From the IMG/VR virus record IMGVR_UViG_3300023371_004649: a stretch of DNA of 32,364 nucleotides; one strand, written 5' to 3'. Both the position numbers and the translations under genes were made by a program. This document shows positions 18,972 to 29,140 of the stretch, in pieces. Below the pieces are notes generated by a model. It was not told where the DNA came from. It did no database searches and saw only the letters and a list, made by a program, of their open reading frames with translations. Positions within the stretch are counted from its first letter, which is position 1, and each line of letters starts with the position of its first letter. This DNA comes from a virus (taxonomy: Duplodnaviria > Heunggongvirae > Uroviricota > Caudoviricetes).

Positions 18972-19370
18972 TTATACATGGATAATAGGACACCCAATAG
19001 GCCTACCATCAATCCACTCATAACAGTCGCAACCAAAAGGACAAGCTTTAGTTTTCCCAAAGTCATAAGTCTCGTCATCTTCATACGTAATAATTAGCGG
19101 ACATTCCATGCACGTTTTAGGAATTCTACTGAGGGTAATGCGAATTTCTCCTTCAGGATTAGAAATGCGATTATGGACAGACGCGGCAATTTCATCACCT
19201 TCAGCTTTGCACTGTCGCCAAATAAGACGAATTTCCCAATCTTCAATCATCCCAGACTTTTCATACACATCAATAATTTTATCACAAATTTCTCTGTAAT
19301 CATTTTTAATATCTTTTTTTCGGTAATTTTTTATTACCATTTCCACTGTTTTCTTACCAAACCCAGTCAT
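18972..19370 (-). CDS. Hypothetical protein with C-terminal Cys cluster
   Basis: CMECP…CPFGC.C…CP; AGGAG RBS. Confidence 0.75.
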   Translation of the reverse strand: MTGFGKKTVEMVIKNYRKKDIKNDYREICDKIIDVYEKSGMIEDWEIRLIWRQCKAEGDEIAASVHNRISNPEGEIRITLSRIPKTCMECPLIITYEDDETYDFGKTKACPFGCDCYEWIDGRPIGCPIIHV

Positions 19371-19477
19371 AATCTTTCTCCTCTGAATTCTTTTTATTGT
19401 TTATATAATAACATATTTTTGTTAAAAAATCAAGGAAAATAATAAAAAATGCAGCGGATTAACTCGCTGCATTAAAA

Positions 19478-20611
19478 TTACTTATCGAAACCTTCATAAT
19501 ATTCAGTATATATTTCAGTTATCTTTTCACTGCCATCAACAGCAAAAAAACCATCTTTTTTATATACTTTAACATCGGAACGAACGCCCTCTTTTTTGAT
19601 ATAAGAGAAGGCATTTTTAACTGTCCAATTACTAATGATAGATGTAGCATCACCAGGCTTTACAGTTCTTCCAATTCCAGAAGAAAATGCATTAGTATCA
19701 GCAGCTTCAATTCTAATAGTGTCAGTGCTGTCAGAATTGTTCTCTATAAAATACACTCTATAAAATTTGTCGCTTTCTACTGGGTCCAAATACTCGGTAA
19801 GAATACCTACTTTTAAACCATTATTATCATATACAATTCTTAAATCATTTTTCTCAGTAATTAAAACCTGCTCATAATCTGTAGCACTTGTAGAAAAGCT
19901 TAAGTCCATAAATGTTTCATCACTGTTTTTATCGACAGCAGTTACTGTAAGCTCTGCTGTTTTAATTTTTTCAATATTATTAACAAGCAATTCAACTTTG
20001 GGAATAATAATCTTTATTTCACTAATGCTATTTGCAGCAACAGTGGTTGCCATTAATCCAGTAAGATTAAGACCGTTCAGATTAATATAATACCCATCAT
20101 ATAGCATAACGCTTACACTGCTGGATGTTTTGTTTTGGAACTCTAAGAATAATAAATCACCAGAAAAATCAGTTTCAAGTCTTACAGGAGTTACCTTATA
20201 TTTATCATCCTCATAAGTTACAGATTCTAGAATATCAACCTTTCTATTTTCAGCAACATATTCTATTAATGCTTGGTCCCCACCACTTACACCGCAATGT
20301 AAAGGAAGTAGCATATGCTTATTAACATCTAATCCCAAATAATCCTTTTCAGTAATAGCTTTTTCAATATTAAACTCTCCAGAATCTTCGGTATTATTTT
20401 CTTCAACTTTTCCTCCAGTAATTTCTTTATTTTCGCCTTTAGAAATCTCACCTTCAGCTGTAACTGGCGTCTTATTTTCTTCTACTTCCGCCTTAACATC
20501 TTCTGAAGGAATGTCGGATTGAACCGTTTCCTTTCCTCCACAAGCAGTTAAAGAACAAATCAACAACAAAGCTAACAACATAGAAATATATTTTTTTAAA
20601 TTTTTATACAT
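19478..20611 (-). CDS. Lipoprotein
   Basis: Signal peptide with lipobox LTA-C, acidic linker, beta-rich domains; AGGAGG RBS; terminator 19448-19473. Confidence 0.85.
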   Translation of the reverse strand: MYKNLKKYISMLLALLLICSLTACGGKETVQSDIPSEDVKAEVEENKTPVTAEGEISKGENKEITGGKVEENNTEDSGEFNIEKAITEKDYLGLDVNKHMLLPLHCGVSGGDQALIEYVAENRKVDILESVTYEDDKYKVTPVRLETDFSGDLLFLEFQNKTSSSVSVMLYDGYYINLNGLNLTGLMATTVAANSISEIKIIIPKVELLVNNIEKIKTAELTVTAVDKNSDETFMDLSFSTSATDYEQVLITEKNDLRIVYDNNGLKVGILTEYLDPVESDKFYRVYFIENNSDSTDTIRIEAADTNAFSSGIGRTVKPGDATSIISNWTVKNAFSYIKKEGVRSDVKVYKKDGFFAVDGSEKITEIYTEYYEGFDK

Positions 20612-20728
20612 ATTTAAACCTCCTAAAAGATATTCAATATCTAGTATATACTATTTATTATATCACAAAAAACAAAAAAAGAAATAACACTACCTTTTGA
20701 CAACAATCAAAAAAGTAGTGTTATAAGT

Positions 20729-21043
20729 TTAGACCGTTACACGAGTGATGCAAACATCAAAAAAGAAATCAAACTCTCCACCATGCTGACCGTTGAGAAT
20801 CTCCATGAGCATGCACTTATTGCAGCGGAAACGCTCACCATCCCATCCATTCCAGGGATTGTCATCATCACAGGATGTACGAGTGTGCTCAATAAGCTTA
20901 AGCATGAAATTCTTTTCCTCATCGGAGTAACTGGAAATCTTATCTTCAACTGCTCTCTGCTTCTTGGCGAGCTCTTCTTTTTCGGCTTGAGCAATTTCAG
21001 CATCAAGCCTCTTTCGCTGTTCTCTCATTTCTTGCAAAGTCAT
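20729..21043 (-). CDS. Hypothetical protein, coiled coil plus Cys/His motif
   Basis: GGGAGG RBS; EHTRTSC…RC.KC.L. Confidence 0.75.
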   Translation of the reverse strand: MTLQEMREQRKRLDAEIAQAEKEELAKKQRAVEDKISSYSDEEKNFMLKLIEHTRTSCDDDNPWNGWDGERFRCNKCMLMEILNGQHGGEFDFFFDVCITRVTV

Positions 21044-21109
21044 AACATCTTCCTCCCATGTTAATTTTCTAATGGTTAATAATATTATATTCGTTGTACG
21101 ACAATTATA

Positions 21110-21138
21110 TTGACTTTTTTATTTTTCTCGGTTATATT
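21110..21138 (+). promoter_or_regulatory. Sigma-A promoter for pnuC-nadR
   Basis: TTGACT-17 bp-TATATT. Confidence 0.6.
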
Positions 21139-21199
21139 ATATATAGACTTAAATACAAAATGTATCTAAGTAATAAAAATAAAAAAGGGGTCGATAACT

Positions 21200-21886
21200 A
21201 TGACAAAAACCAAATTACTACCTAATTGGAAAATTAGTGAAATTATATGGATGTTATTTGCTACATTAACCATTTTAGGATTATCTCTATACTGGGGAGA
21301 TACCCCCATAGGAATTATCTCAGCAGTAACTGGAGTCTTGTGTGTAATATGCACAGGTAAAGGTAGCCTATGGGCATATATTTGGGGTTTAATTAATTGT
21401 GTATTATACGGATGGATTTCTCTAGAATCCAAATTTTATTGGGAGGTCGCACTAAATTGGATTTATTATACACCTCTTCAGTTTTATGGTTTTTATTGCT
21501 GGAAAAAATATATAAATAAAGAAACAAATGAAGTTTCTAAAATTAAGATGTCTAATAAAAACTTTACAATTATGATTTTAGGGACATTATTAGGAACTTT
21601 TGTTTTAGGGTATATTTCTAAAATGCTTGGAGGGAATCTACCATTTGTTGATGCATTAAGCACAACGGTTTCTATTGTAGCAATGATAGTTTCTATTAAC
21701 AGATATACAGAACAGTGGATTTTGTGGCTAATCGTAAATACCGTTTCTATTAGTCTTTGGTCTTATAATTTTTTCATTACAGGAGGAGAAGATATCGCAA
21801 CTTTAGTAATGTGGATTATTTATTGGTTAAACGCTTTGATTTCTTACATCAAATGGCGCAAGGAATCTAATGCAAAGGAGGTATAA
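21200..21886 (+). CDS. pnuC: Nicotinamide riboside transporter PnuC
   Basis: Multi-TM; W..G.IN..LY, QFYGFY.W, D...T..S..AM…EQW..W..VN; directly upstream of the NadR-like gene. Confidence 0.9.
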   Translation: MTKTKLLPNWKISEIIWMLFATLTILGLSLYWGDTPIGIISAVTGVLCVICTGKGSLWAYIWGLINCVLYGWISLESKFYWEVALNWIYYTPLQFYGFYCWKKYINKETNEVSKIKMSNKNFTIMILGTLLGTFVLGYISKMLGGNLPFVDALSTTVSIVAMIVSINRYTEQWILWLIVNTVSISLWSYNFFITGGEDIATLVMWIIYWLNALISYIKWRKESNAKEV

Positions 21887-21888
21887 TT

Positions 21889-22893
21889 ATGTACAATGTA
21901 GGAATGTACGGTGGGTGTTTTGACCCAGTTCATCTCGGACATGTAAATGATATAATAAAAGCGTCTTCTATGTGTAAAGAACTTTATTTAGTTCTTAGTT
22001 ATTCTAAAAATAGAGACCATATTAATTATAAACAGAGATATCAGTGGCTGGCAGAAATCACAAAAGAAATTGAAAATGTAAAAATTATTGCAATTGAAGA
22101 TACTGACACTGCCAAAGAAAACTACGATTGGAATAAAGGCGCCAAAGATATCAAAAATGCAATTGATAAAAATATTGACGTAGTATTTTGTGGAGATGAC
22201 TACAAAGGAACTAATCGATTTGAATCTTTGTATCCAGAAAGTAAAATCATGTACTTCTCTAGGAGTATAGTCGATATTTCTTCTACTCAAATCAGAGAAA
22301 CCCCTATTAAATATTGGGATTATCTACCTAAGGTTGTACAACCCTATTTTTGTAAAAAAGTACTGGTTGTCGGTAGCGAAAGTACTGGCAAATCTACATT
22401 GACTAGAAATTTAGCATTAGCTTTTAATACTACATATCTTGAAGAAGTTGGACGTACAGTTTGTGAAAGAGCACAATCTGAAGAAATGATGTCAGAAACA
22501 GATTTTTTGGAAATTATGGTAAAACATAAGGCCAAAGAATATGAAAAAATGGCAGAAGCAAACAAAATATTATTTATTGACACAGATTGTGTAACAACTT
22601 TATTTTATAGCGGATTTCTTTGTGAAGAAGATGAAAATATCGCAGCTTATAAAAAATTATGTGACGGAATTAATCATTTCAATAAGTACGATTTAATAAT
22701 CTATCTGGATATTGATACTGATTTTATACAAGACGGTACCAGGAATGAAGAAATTAGAGATAATAGAGAGAAGTATAGTAATATGCTAAAATCTCTTATG
22801 GATGAATATAAGCTAAATTATCATATAATTAAAGGTTCTTATTTGAATAGGTTTGAGGAGTCTTTTAAATTAATTGAATCATTGATAAAATAA
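21889..22893 (+). CDS. nadR: NadR-like bifunctional NMN adenylyltransferase / ribosylnicotinamide kinase (no HTH)
   Basis: GGCFDPVHLGH (HxGH), FCGDDY, ISST.IR, then P-loop GSESTGKST, DTD, QDG.R. Confidence 0.9.
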   Translation: MYNVGMYGGCFDPVHLGHVNDIIKASSMCKELYLVLSYSKNRDHINYKQRYQWLAEITKEIENVKIIAIEDTDTAKENYDWNKGAKDIKNAIDKNIDVVFCGDDYKGTNRFESLYPESKIMYFSRSIVDISSTQIRETPIKYWDYLPKVVQPYFCKKVLVVGSESTGKSTLTRNLALAFNTTYLEEVGRTVCERAQSEEMMSETDFLEIMVKHKAKEYEKMAEANKILFIDTDCVTTLFYSGFLCEEDENIAAYKKLCDGINHFNKYDLIIYLDIDTDFIQDGTRNEEIRDNREKYSNMLKSLMDEYKLNYHIIKGSYLNRFEESFKLIESLIK

Positions 22894-22895
22894 CA

Positions 22896-22923
22896 AAACC
22901 CGAGTGGATTTCCACTCGGGTTT
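22896..22923. terminator. Bidirectional terminator
   Basis: AAACCCGAGTGGA-tt-TCCACTCGGGTTT between convergent genes. Confidence 0.85.
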
Positions 22924-22927
22924 AATT

Positions 22928-23209
22928 TTAAATATTCAAAACTTTGGCAAGCCCCTTCGCTCCTCCAATAAATATACGAGAAGTAGTATAAGCGATACAG
23001 GTAATAGCTACCCATGCAAAAACATATAGATTCCCGTAAGTAATTACATATTCAGAAGCAAACATGTAACTGATACAAGAAGCAAAAAATGTTACCATAA
23101 AAACAAGTGCCAAAGGAACATCTTTATCTTTACGATAAGAAGTAAATTTCATAATCGTGGGCATTGCAAAAACAATAGTAATTAGTAGTACTGCATTCAT
23201 TAGTCTCAT
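22928..23209 (-). CDS. Small membrane protein, 93 aa
   Basis: GGGGTGA RBS before ATG 23209; three hydrophobic segments. Confidence 0.7.
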   Translation of the reverse strand: MRLMNAVLLITIVFAMPTIMKFTSYRKDKDVPLALVFMVTFFASCISYMFASEYVITYGNLYVFAWVAITCIAYTTSRIFIGGAKGLAKVLNI

Positions 23210-23213
23210 AAAA

Positions 23214-23516
23214 TCACCCCAACGCAATATTGCAGTAATGTGCGAACTCCTCGGGTTCGGGAATAGAAAAAAATCCATCTTTTTCTCTATCATATTTAAA
23301 GAACCAACGATTTTTCACATCGGGATGAATGCCAGGGTCCATCTCTTCAATAACTGCATAATCATAAAGATATTCCCACATGTCACAAGAATTATGATTT
23401 AATGCATATTCGGCATCTTCAAAAGTTGCTTTAAATCCAAAACAGCGGGAGGCCCCCATATCAAGCCAACCCAATTCATCTTTTGCTATTTTAGAAAAAC
23501 AAGTAATGAAAAACAT
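23214..23516 (-). CDS. Hypothetical protein, 100 aa
   Basis: AAGGAGGT RBS. Confidence 0.8.
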   Translation of the reverse strand: MFFITCFSKIAKDELGWLDMGASRCFGFKATFEDAEYALNHNSCDMWEYLYDYAVIEEMDPGIHPDVKNRWFFKYDREKDGFFSIPEPEEFAHYCNIALG

Positions 23517-23533
23517 ATTCCTACCTCCTTGTG

Positions 23534-23701
23534 TTAGATATATATTTCAGCTTCTTTAGTTTGTTCGTTATAATGGACATTATGAATTTCTTCATCGAGA
23601 GCGTCTTCTAATCGTAGCCAACCATCACCATATCCTTCACCAATCATATCATCGGCAATAATGGCTTCAGGATGCGCTGCTAACCATTCTCTAACCGTCA
23701 C
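23534..23701 (-). CDS. 55-aa acidic protein (below the ORF-track cutoff)
   Basis: GTG overlaps the upstream TGA (GTGA), GAGGTGG RBS; MTVREWLAAHPEAIIADDMIGEGYGDGWLRLEDALDEEIHNVHYNEQTKEAEIYI fills the gap exactly. Confidence 0.75.
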   Translation of the reverse strand: MTVREWLAAHPEAIIADDMIGEGYGDGWLRLEDALDEEIHNVHYNEQTKEAEIYI

Positions 23702-23994
23702 CGTTCTACCACCTCAGCAAACAACTGATAAATATGAAGGTCATCAATGGTAGGAACAGATTCCCCGATAAAACTTTCAAACTTAATTTCATCGCCCTTC
23801 TTCTTAATATTTTCCATGACGCCAACTGCATCGCTGAGATTGTTAAAGAAGGTCGCCTTATTGTTAGGAATATGGCATTCGACGCCGATAATCATAGGTT
23901 GAATTTCCATCCGACCACTGTCGGACATAGAAACTAAGGAATTGGACTTAATAGTCACAAATTCAAAGGGACTTAAACCGATTACATAAAGCAT
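23698..23994 (-). CDS. Hypothetical protein, 98 aa
   Basis: AAGGAG RBS; follows kptA. Confidence 0.75.
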   Translation of the reverse strand: MLYVIGLSPFEFVTIKSNSLVSMSDSGRMEIQPMIIGVECHIPNNKATFFNNLSDAVGVMENIKKKGDEIKFESFIGESVPTIDDLHIYQLFAEVVER

Positions 23995-24007
23995 ATTTAT
24001 TTTCTCC

Positions 24008-24562
24008 TTACATTTTAGTTATATATTTAGTTGCTACATAGTTAGTGAGCCAAACGCCGTTTTTAGAGAGATAGAACTCAATACCATCTTCATGCATTTG
24101 TTTAGCATCAATAGAAAGAATAACTACATCACCATGACGCTCACCAACTTTAGTAGCAGTTTTGATGTCGGCACTTAAATGAACGTACTGACGGTTCCTC
24201 TTTTGAATGCCACCCTTCAAAATACTATCAACAGACTTAGTTGCAGTACCATGATAAAGAACATCAAGAGGAACTACAGGTTCATAGTGCATATCTAAAG
24301 TTTTAATACTGTGACCCTGGTTCGCACGGATATAATATACCCCATCAACTTCTTTTAAGTCAAATCGCTGCTTGCTATTATTAGCAACCATGGTCTTAAT
24401 TTTCTCAAGATTTAGATTCGCATACTTCTTTTTCTTATTAACCTTCTCAATAAGCTCATCTACTAAAACCCAACCGTCTTCAGACATATTGAGCTTTAAA
24501 TATTCAGGATGATGACGAAGCAGCATAACGATATATTTGGAAGTATCATACTCTTGATACAT
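24008..24562 (-). CDS. kptA: RNA 2'-phosphotransferase (KptA/Tpt1)
   Basis: LRH, KQRF, IRANQGHS, LYHGT, RQYVHLS, RHG, NGVWLT. Confidence 0.95.
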   Translation of the reverse strand: MYQEYDTSKYIVMLLRHHPEYLKLNMSEDGWVLVDELIEKVNKKKKYANLNLEKIKTMVANNSKQRFDLKEVDGVYYIRANQGHSIKTLDMHYEPVVPLDVLYHGTATKSVDSILKGGIQKRNRQYVHLSADIKTATKVGERHGDVVILSIDAKQMHEDGIEFYLSKNGVWLTNYVATKYITKM

Positions 24563-24587
24563 GACAAATCACCTCAATTTCATTTCT

Positions 24588-24616
24588 ATTATAACATATT
24601 TTACACAAAAAGTCAA
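24588..24616 (-). promoter_or_regulatory. Sigma-A promoter of the repeated AAAATATGTTATAAT class
   Basis: TTGACT-17 bp-TATAAT; related copies at 10107, 11496, 18088, 19405, 31414. Confidence 0.8.
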
Positions 24617-25156
24617 ACGAAATAGAAAATTATTTCGCTAGTATCACAATTCTGTCACATATTTTTCACTTTTCTCGTTCTAAGAATAATTTATATTTAT
24701 TTATTATTCTTTTTAGCCTCATTACCTGGAGCTGCAGCTCAGAAGATACTGAAGAACTTTCAGAAAAGTAGAATATTTAAAATATATAAATTATTATTTT
24801 AAAAGTAAATTTAAGTTTTTATTTTTTATAAAAAAATATTAGTAAATTTATTTCCTTAAAAAAATATATAAAAACTTAAATAAAAAGGCCAAAATTAAAA
24901 AAAATAAAAAAGAGGCCTTTTTGGCCTCTTTTAACCCTCAAAAGTTGCAAATTCTGCTGTTTTTTAAAAAGAATATTAGAAACATATAAAACACGATTTT
25001 TTAACTATTTCTTCAGAAAGCCAATTATAAAAATATAAAACGGTAGACTTTTATTTTTAATAATTTTTATATAAAAATTATTCTAAAAGCATAAAAAAGA
25101 ACCTTCTCCAAGAAAAAATAAAAGGGAGAATCCTTTCGAATTCTCCCTTAAATATA

Positions 25157-26905
25157 TTAGTCATCAATAGATGTACCAACGTCATCATCTTTATCGAAAC
25201 CAAATTTGTCAGCGATATCAGCGCCCCATTCCTTGAGGTCATCCATAGCTTTATCCCATTTAGCATCAACATCTTTATAAATATCGCTGGCAGCTTCTTT
25301 AATATCTGCCCAAAGATTACCAGCATCTTCAGAAATCTCTTTCCCAAGACTCTTAGAAGCATCTCTAATGCCCTGTAAATCATCTTGAATGTTATCATAA
25401 AAGTTATTTACAGTTTCGGAGAAATTCTGAACATGTTCGTTTTGAGCAAATTTATTAGCCCAAGTGGCAACATCATCTTTAACTTCACCAACAATATTGT
25501 CAACGTTGGCAACAAAAGTTTGAGAAGCTGCCTTAGCATCAGCAAGTTCTCCAGAAATCCATTCTTTTGCATCTTGAATTTTATCCTCGACTTCTTCATT
25601 AAACTTCAAGAACCAATGCTCATTATCAGCTTTGCCTTCAGCAACAGTTTCGGCTGCCACTCCTTCGTTTTCAACAGTAGATAATTTAGCATCGACAACA
25701 GCAAGTCTATCATTAAGCTCATCTAATTGCCCTTCAAGAGAAGATTTCATCTTGTCCTTGAATTCATCAGAGAAGAAACCCATGTTATCTATTTTATCCA
25801 TTTGTTCTTCAATCTCTGCTTTAGCAGATTCTACTTTGAGCTTAATTTCTTTTGCATTCTCAATTTCCATTTGTTCAAATTTTTCAAGCTGCTGTTCATA
25901 ACCAGAAAGCTCTTCATGGCTCTTATCAAGAATGCGTTGCATCATATCCTTGAGTTTGCCATCTTCCATATCCTCAATTTTGTCTTCGTACTTTTCAATC
26001 TTTTCTTTGAGGTCATCATATTTTTCTTGAGTATTGTCTCTGATTTTATCAGTCAGGAAATTACCAGTACCGATTTCTTTTTCCTCGGCAATATCCTTAG
26101 AAACAGCTTCAGCAGCTCCCAAAGCAATACGCTCTTTATTATTAAAGAAAGAATTATCGTTCTCAGGAATAATGCCTGCTTTCTCATTAAATTCAGAAAC
26201 AAATTCAGCTCTATCTTCCTTAGCGCATGGAACACTTCCGATGTGCTGAGCTTCTCCTTCTTTATTAATGAGATAAACTCTCATATTATCACCAACGCCT
26301 TTTAATGCAACACCTACATCTTCATTGTAATAATCATATTTAGTTTCAACAGTAACAGTATGGTCTTCAACTTCTCTTCCTTCAAATCTCTCTTTGATGT
26401 TTCCCCAAATAGAAACTTTTTCATCTTTCTGAGCATCAGCGGTTGCCCCCTCAACAGTATTTTCGACTGCAGGAGCAAGCCTATCATCAATAGCTTTAGC
26501 TATGTCTCTCTGAGACCCCATAAATTCATCTATACCATTCTTATCAATAACTTCCTTTATTTCATTACCTACACCGAATGGCATATTGTCTAAGCTTTCA
26601 AGTCTCTCAGAAGCAGCTTCACCCCATTGAGTAACTTTAGCAACAATTTTAGGGTCAATTTCTAATTTTTCAGCAAGAGACTCATCTTCCATAGTAATAG
26701 TAACCTTCTGGTCAGCAGTATTGGGAAGTCCCATCTTAAGAGCTATATCAGTATCAACAAATCCTAACTTCTCAGGAATTTGGCCAGCAATATCAGCCTC
26801 CATAACTCCATATTTCTCTTCTAAAGCATTAAAAAGCTGGTCGTATTCATACCCGCTCAAGCCTGTTTTTTCTTGAACTAAATTTCTAAAACTTTTAATA
26901 TTCAT
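25157..26905 (-). CDS. Large acidic helical/coiled-coil protein with apolipoprotein-like C-terminal repeats
   Basis: GGAGGTG RBS favours ATG 26905; D/E/K/A-rich; amphipathic W-containing repeats in the last ~150 aa. Confidence 0.8.
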   Translation of the reverse strand: MNIKSFRNLVQEKTGLSGYEYDQLFNALEEKYGVMEADIAGQIPEKLGFVDTDIALKMGLPNTADQKVTITMEDESLAEKLEIDPKIVAKVTQWGEAASERLESLDNMPFGVGNEIKEVIDKNGIDEFMGSQRDIAKAIDDRLAPAVENTVEGATADAQKDEKVSIWGNIKERFEGREVEDHTVTVETKYDYYNEDVGVALKGVGDNMRVYLINKEGEAQHIGSVPCAKEDRAEFVSEFNEKAGIIPENDNSFFNNKERIALGAAEAVSKDIAEEKEIGTGNFLTDKIRDNTQEKYDDLKEKIEKYEDKIEDMEDGKLKDMMQRILDKSHEELSGYEQQLEKFEQMEIENAKEIKLKVESAKAEIEEQMDKIDNMGFFSDEFKDKMKSSLEGQLDELNDRLAVVDAKLSTVENEGVAAETVAEGKADNEHWFLKFNEEVEDKIQDAKEWISGELADAKAASQTFVANVDNIVGEVKDDVATWANKFAQNEHVQNFSETVNNFYDNIQDDLQGIRDASKSLGKEISEDAGNLWADIKEAASDIYKDVDAKWDKAMDDLKEWGADIADKFGFDKDDDVGTSIDD

Positions 26906-27081
26906 ATGTATATGCACCTCCAAAATATTTTCATGATTAATAAATCATATTTTATTATATCTACGTAAAAAGACAAATACAACACATCTGAAACAAAATA
27001 ATCATTAGCTCCTAAAAAACTTGTCTTTCTATTAATAATATGCTATAATATAAATAATTATCTAAAAGAGGAAGTGTAAAT

Positions 27082-27474
27082 ATGCTTGAAAGAATTGATG
27101 CAAAAGAATTAATTTTCTCCGATGAAATAGGAGACGATAGAGTAAATACCTGCTTAACCCTTGACGATTACGATTGGATGTCGTATAAACTTACAACTGC
27201 TTTTCGAACTGAAAAATTAGGCCGATTAGCTGTAGAATTTGAATACTTCGGATTAACTACTTCTTCTATGAAAGTAACGCAAACCCATAATGATGTAACA
27301 ATAAATTATGAATATGAATATCCTACCGATATATTCCAAAAGCACATAACAATTTTTATGACAAACCACATAGCTGCTTGGAATGATAAATATGCTTTTA
27401 ACGGTGAGGATGAAGTGCTTGCTTTCTATAACGAAGTAATAGAACAAGGAAAATTAAAAGAAAGCAGTACCTAA
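27082..27474 (+). CDS. Hypothetical protein, 130 aa
   Basis: Promoter TTGTCT-17 bp-TATAAT (27021-27049) and GAGG RBS. Confidence 0.8.
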   Translation: MLERIDAKELIFSDEIGDDRVNTCLTLDDYDWMSYKLTTAFRTEKLGRLAVEFEYFGLTTSSMKVTQTHNDVTINYEYEYPTDIFQKHITIFMTNHIAAWNDKYAFNGEDEVLAFYNEVIEQGKLKESST

Positions 27475-27523
27475 TATAGAATATTGGGTACTGCTTTTCA
27501 TACATAAAAGGAGATGACACAAA

Positions 27524-29140
27524 TTGATAAAAAAGATATCTATAGCACTAATTATTTTGGTATCATTATTTATCTTATTCCTATGTAATGGATGGTACAT
27601 TGATTTCGATGATAGAATTATTTCTGGAAATATTGAATATGGAGAAACTATCAGAGTTTATAAAGGCGATGCTAGGCTAAAAGGAAAATTTCTTTTTAAA
27701 GAAAAAGGAATTCCTTTGTTTTCTGATTTAGAACATAATATAGACGATGATAAGCTTGGAACTTATCAAATTACATATTATGCCGATTTTCTATTTTGGA
27801 AAAACACATTACAAACAAGTGTAACCATTGTAGACACCACACCTCCAGAAATTGATTTAAACATAATAAAATATAATTACACCTCTCCAAATGAAAAATA
27901 TGAAGAAGAAGGATTCGACGCATATGACAAATATGACGGAGATTTAACTCATAAAGTAACATCCTACGAGGAGAATGGGAAAGTATATTATTCTGTAATG
28001 GATTCATCTGGAAATATAGGAACTGCAGTAAGGGAAATCCAATATAAAGATTCAGTAGCTCCAAGAATAGAGCTAATTGGAGACTATATTTTAAATATTC
28101 GTCAATATGAAGAATATAAAGAACCTGGATTTAAAGCAGAAGACGATTGCGATGGCGATTTAACAAGCCAGGTAAAAATAAAAACAGATTTAAATACAAA
28201 CGTACCTGGTAAATACGAAATAAAATATTCTGTTGTAGACAGCTGGCAAAACGATTACGAAATTACACGAACAATTATCGTAAACGAAGTAATCGAACCT
28301 GAAAATAAAGAGCCAATTGAACCAGATATCACTACCCCAGAAGATGTTATCGAAGCCCCAGAGACCCCAGAAACTACTGAGCCCACGACCCCAGAAGATT
28401 CTGAAACGTCTACAGAAAATACTGACACAAATGATGGAGAATCTATTTCAACAGAATCTACAGAACAAGAGACTACACTTGAGCCTCCAGAAGAAAACCC
28501 AGCAACCCCAGTTGAACCAGTTTCTGATAAAGTTATTTATCTGACTTTTGATGATGGTCCCAGTAAATATACCCCCGAATTGTTAAGAATTCTAAAAGAA
28601 AATGATGTAAAAGCCACATTCTTTGTGGTTGGGTCATATTATAAAAATACAATAAAAGACATTTATAATGACGGCCACGCAATCGGTATTCATAGTTATA
28701 CTCACGAATACAAAGATATTTATGCGAGCGTCGATGCTTATTTTGCTGATTTAAACAAAGTTAGAGAAATGATTTACAATCAAACGGGTATATATACAAA
28801 CCTTGTTCGGTTTCCAGGAGGGAGTTCCAATACTGTAAGCAAATTTAATCCTGGTATTATGACGACTCTGGCACAAGAATTAGAAGCAAGAGGATATGCA
28901 TATTTCGACTGGAATGTAAGCAGTGGAGATGCAGGTTCTACAAAAATAACAAATGAGGTTTATAATAATGTAATAAAAGGCATCGAAAATAAAAAAGTAG
29001 CCATTGTTTTACAACATGATACTTATAAATACAGTATTGATGCCGTACAAGATATTATAAATTGGGGCAAAGAAAATGGATACAGATTCGAAACATTAAA
29101 TATAAACAGCCCGACTTCTCATCATAAAATTTATAATTAA
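27524..29140 (+). CDS. Membrane-anchored CE4 (NodB) polysaccharide deacetylase with Ig-like DUF5011-type repeats and a P/E/T linker
   Basis: N-terminal TM; D.YDGDLT..V repeats; YLTFDDGP, HSYTH, RFPGGS, DWNVSSGD, LQHD. Confidence 0.9.
   Translation: MIKKISIALIILVSLFILFLCNGWYIDFDDRIISGNIEYGETIRVYKGDARLKGKFLFKEKGIPLFSDLEHNIDDDKLGTYQITYYADFLFWKNTLQTSVTIVDTTPPEIDLNIIKYNYTSPNEKYEEEGFDAYDKYDGDLTHKVTSYEENGKVYYSVMDSSGNIGTAVREIQYKDSVAPRIELIGDYILNIRQYEEYKEPGFKAEDDCDGDLTSQVKIKTDLNTNVPGKYEIKYSVVDSWQNDYEITRTIIVNEVIEPENKEPIEPDITTPEDVIEAPETPETTEPTTPEDSETSTENTDTNDGESISTESTEQETTLEPPEENPATPVEPVSDKVIYLTFDDGPSKYTPELLRILKENDVKATFFVVGSYYKNTIKDIYNDGHAIGIHSYTHEYKDIYASVDAYFADLNKVREMIYNQTGIYTNLVRFPGGSSNTVSKFNPGIMTTLAQELEARGYAYFDWNVSSGDAGSTKITNEVYNNVIKGIENKKVAIVLQHDTYKYSIDAVQDIINWGKENGYRFETLNINSPTSHHKIYN

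Noticed and set aside
21094-21104. TTGT-ACG-ACAA palindrome as an NAD-regulon operator
   Set aside because: Only 4-bp arms, no regulator nearby, and no match I can support to a known NrtR/NiaR/NadR box.
24700-24775. Short lipoprotein-like reading (…LITWSCSSEDTEELSEK)
   Set aside because: No start codon or RBS found; likely chance.
25078-26305. Several overlapping ORFs (106, 99, 63, 89, 192, 71, 60 aa)
   Set aside because: Frame or strand shadows of the compositionally biased 25157..26905 gene.
28300-28520. Quasi-repeats in the deacetylase linker (CCAGA/ACCCCAG)
   Set aside because: They encode a P/E/T low-complexity linker; no fixed period, not CRISPR or VNTR.
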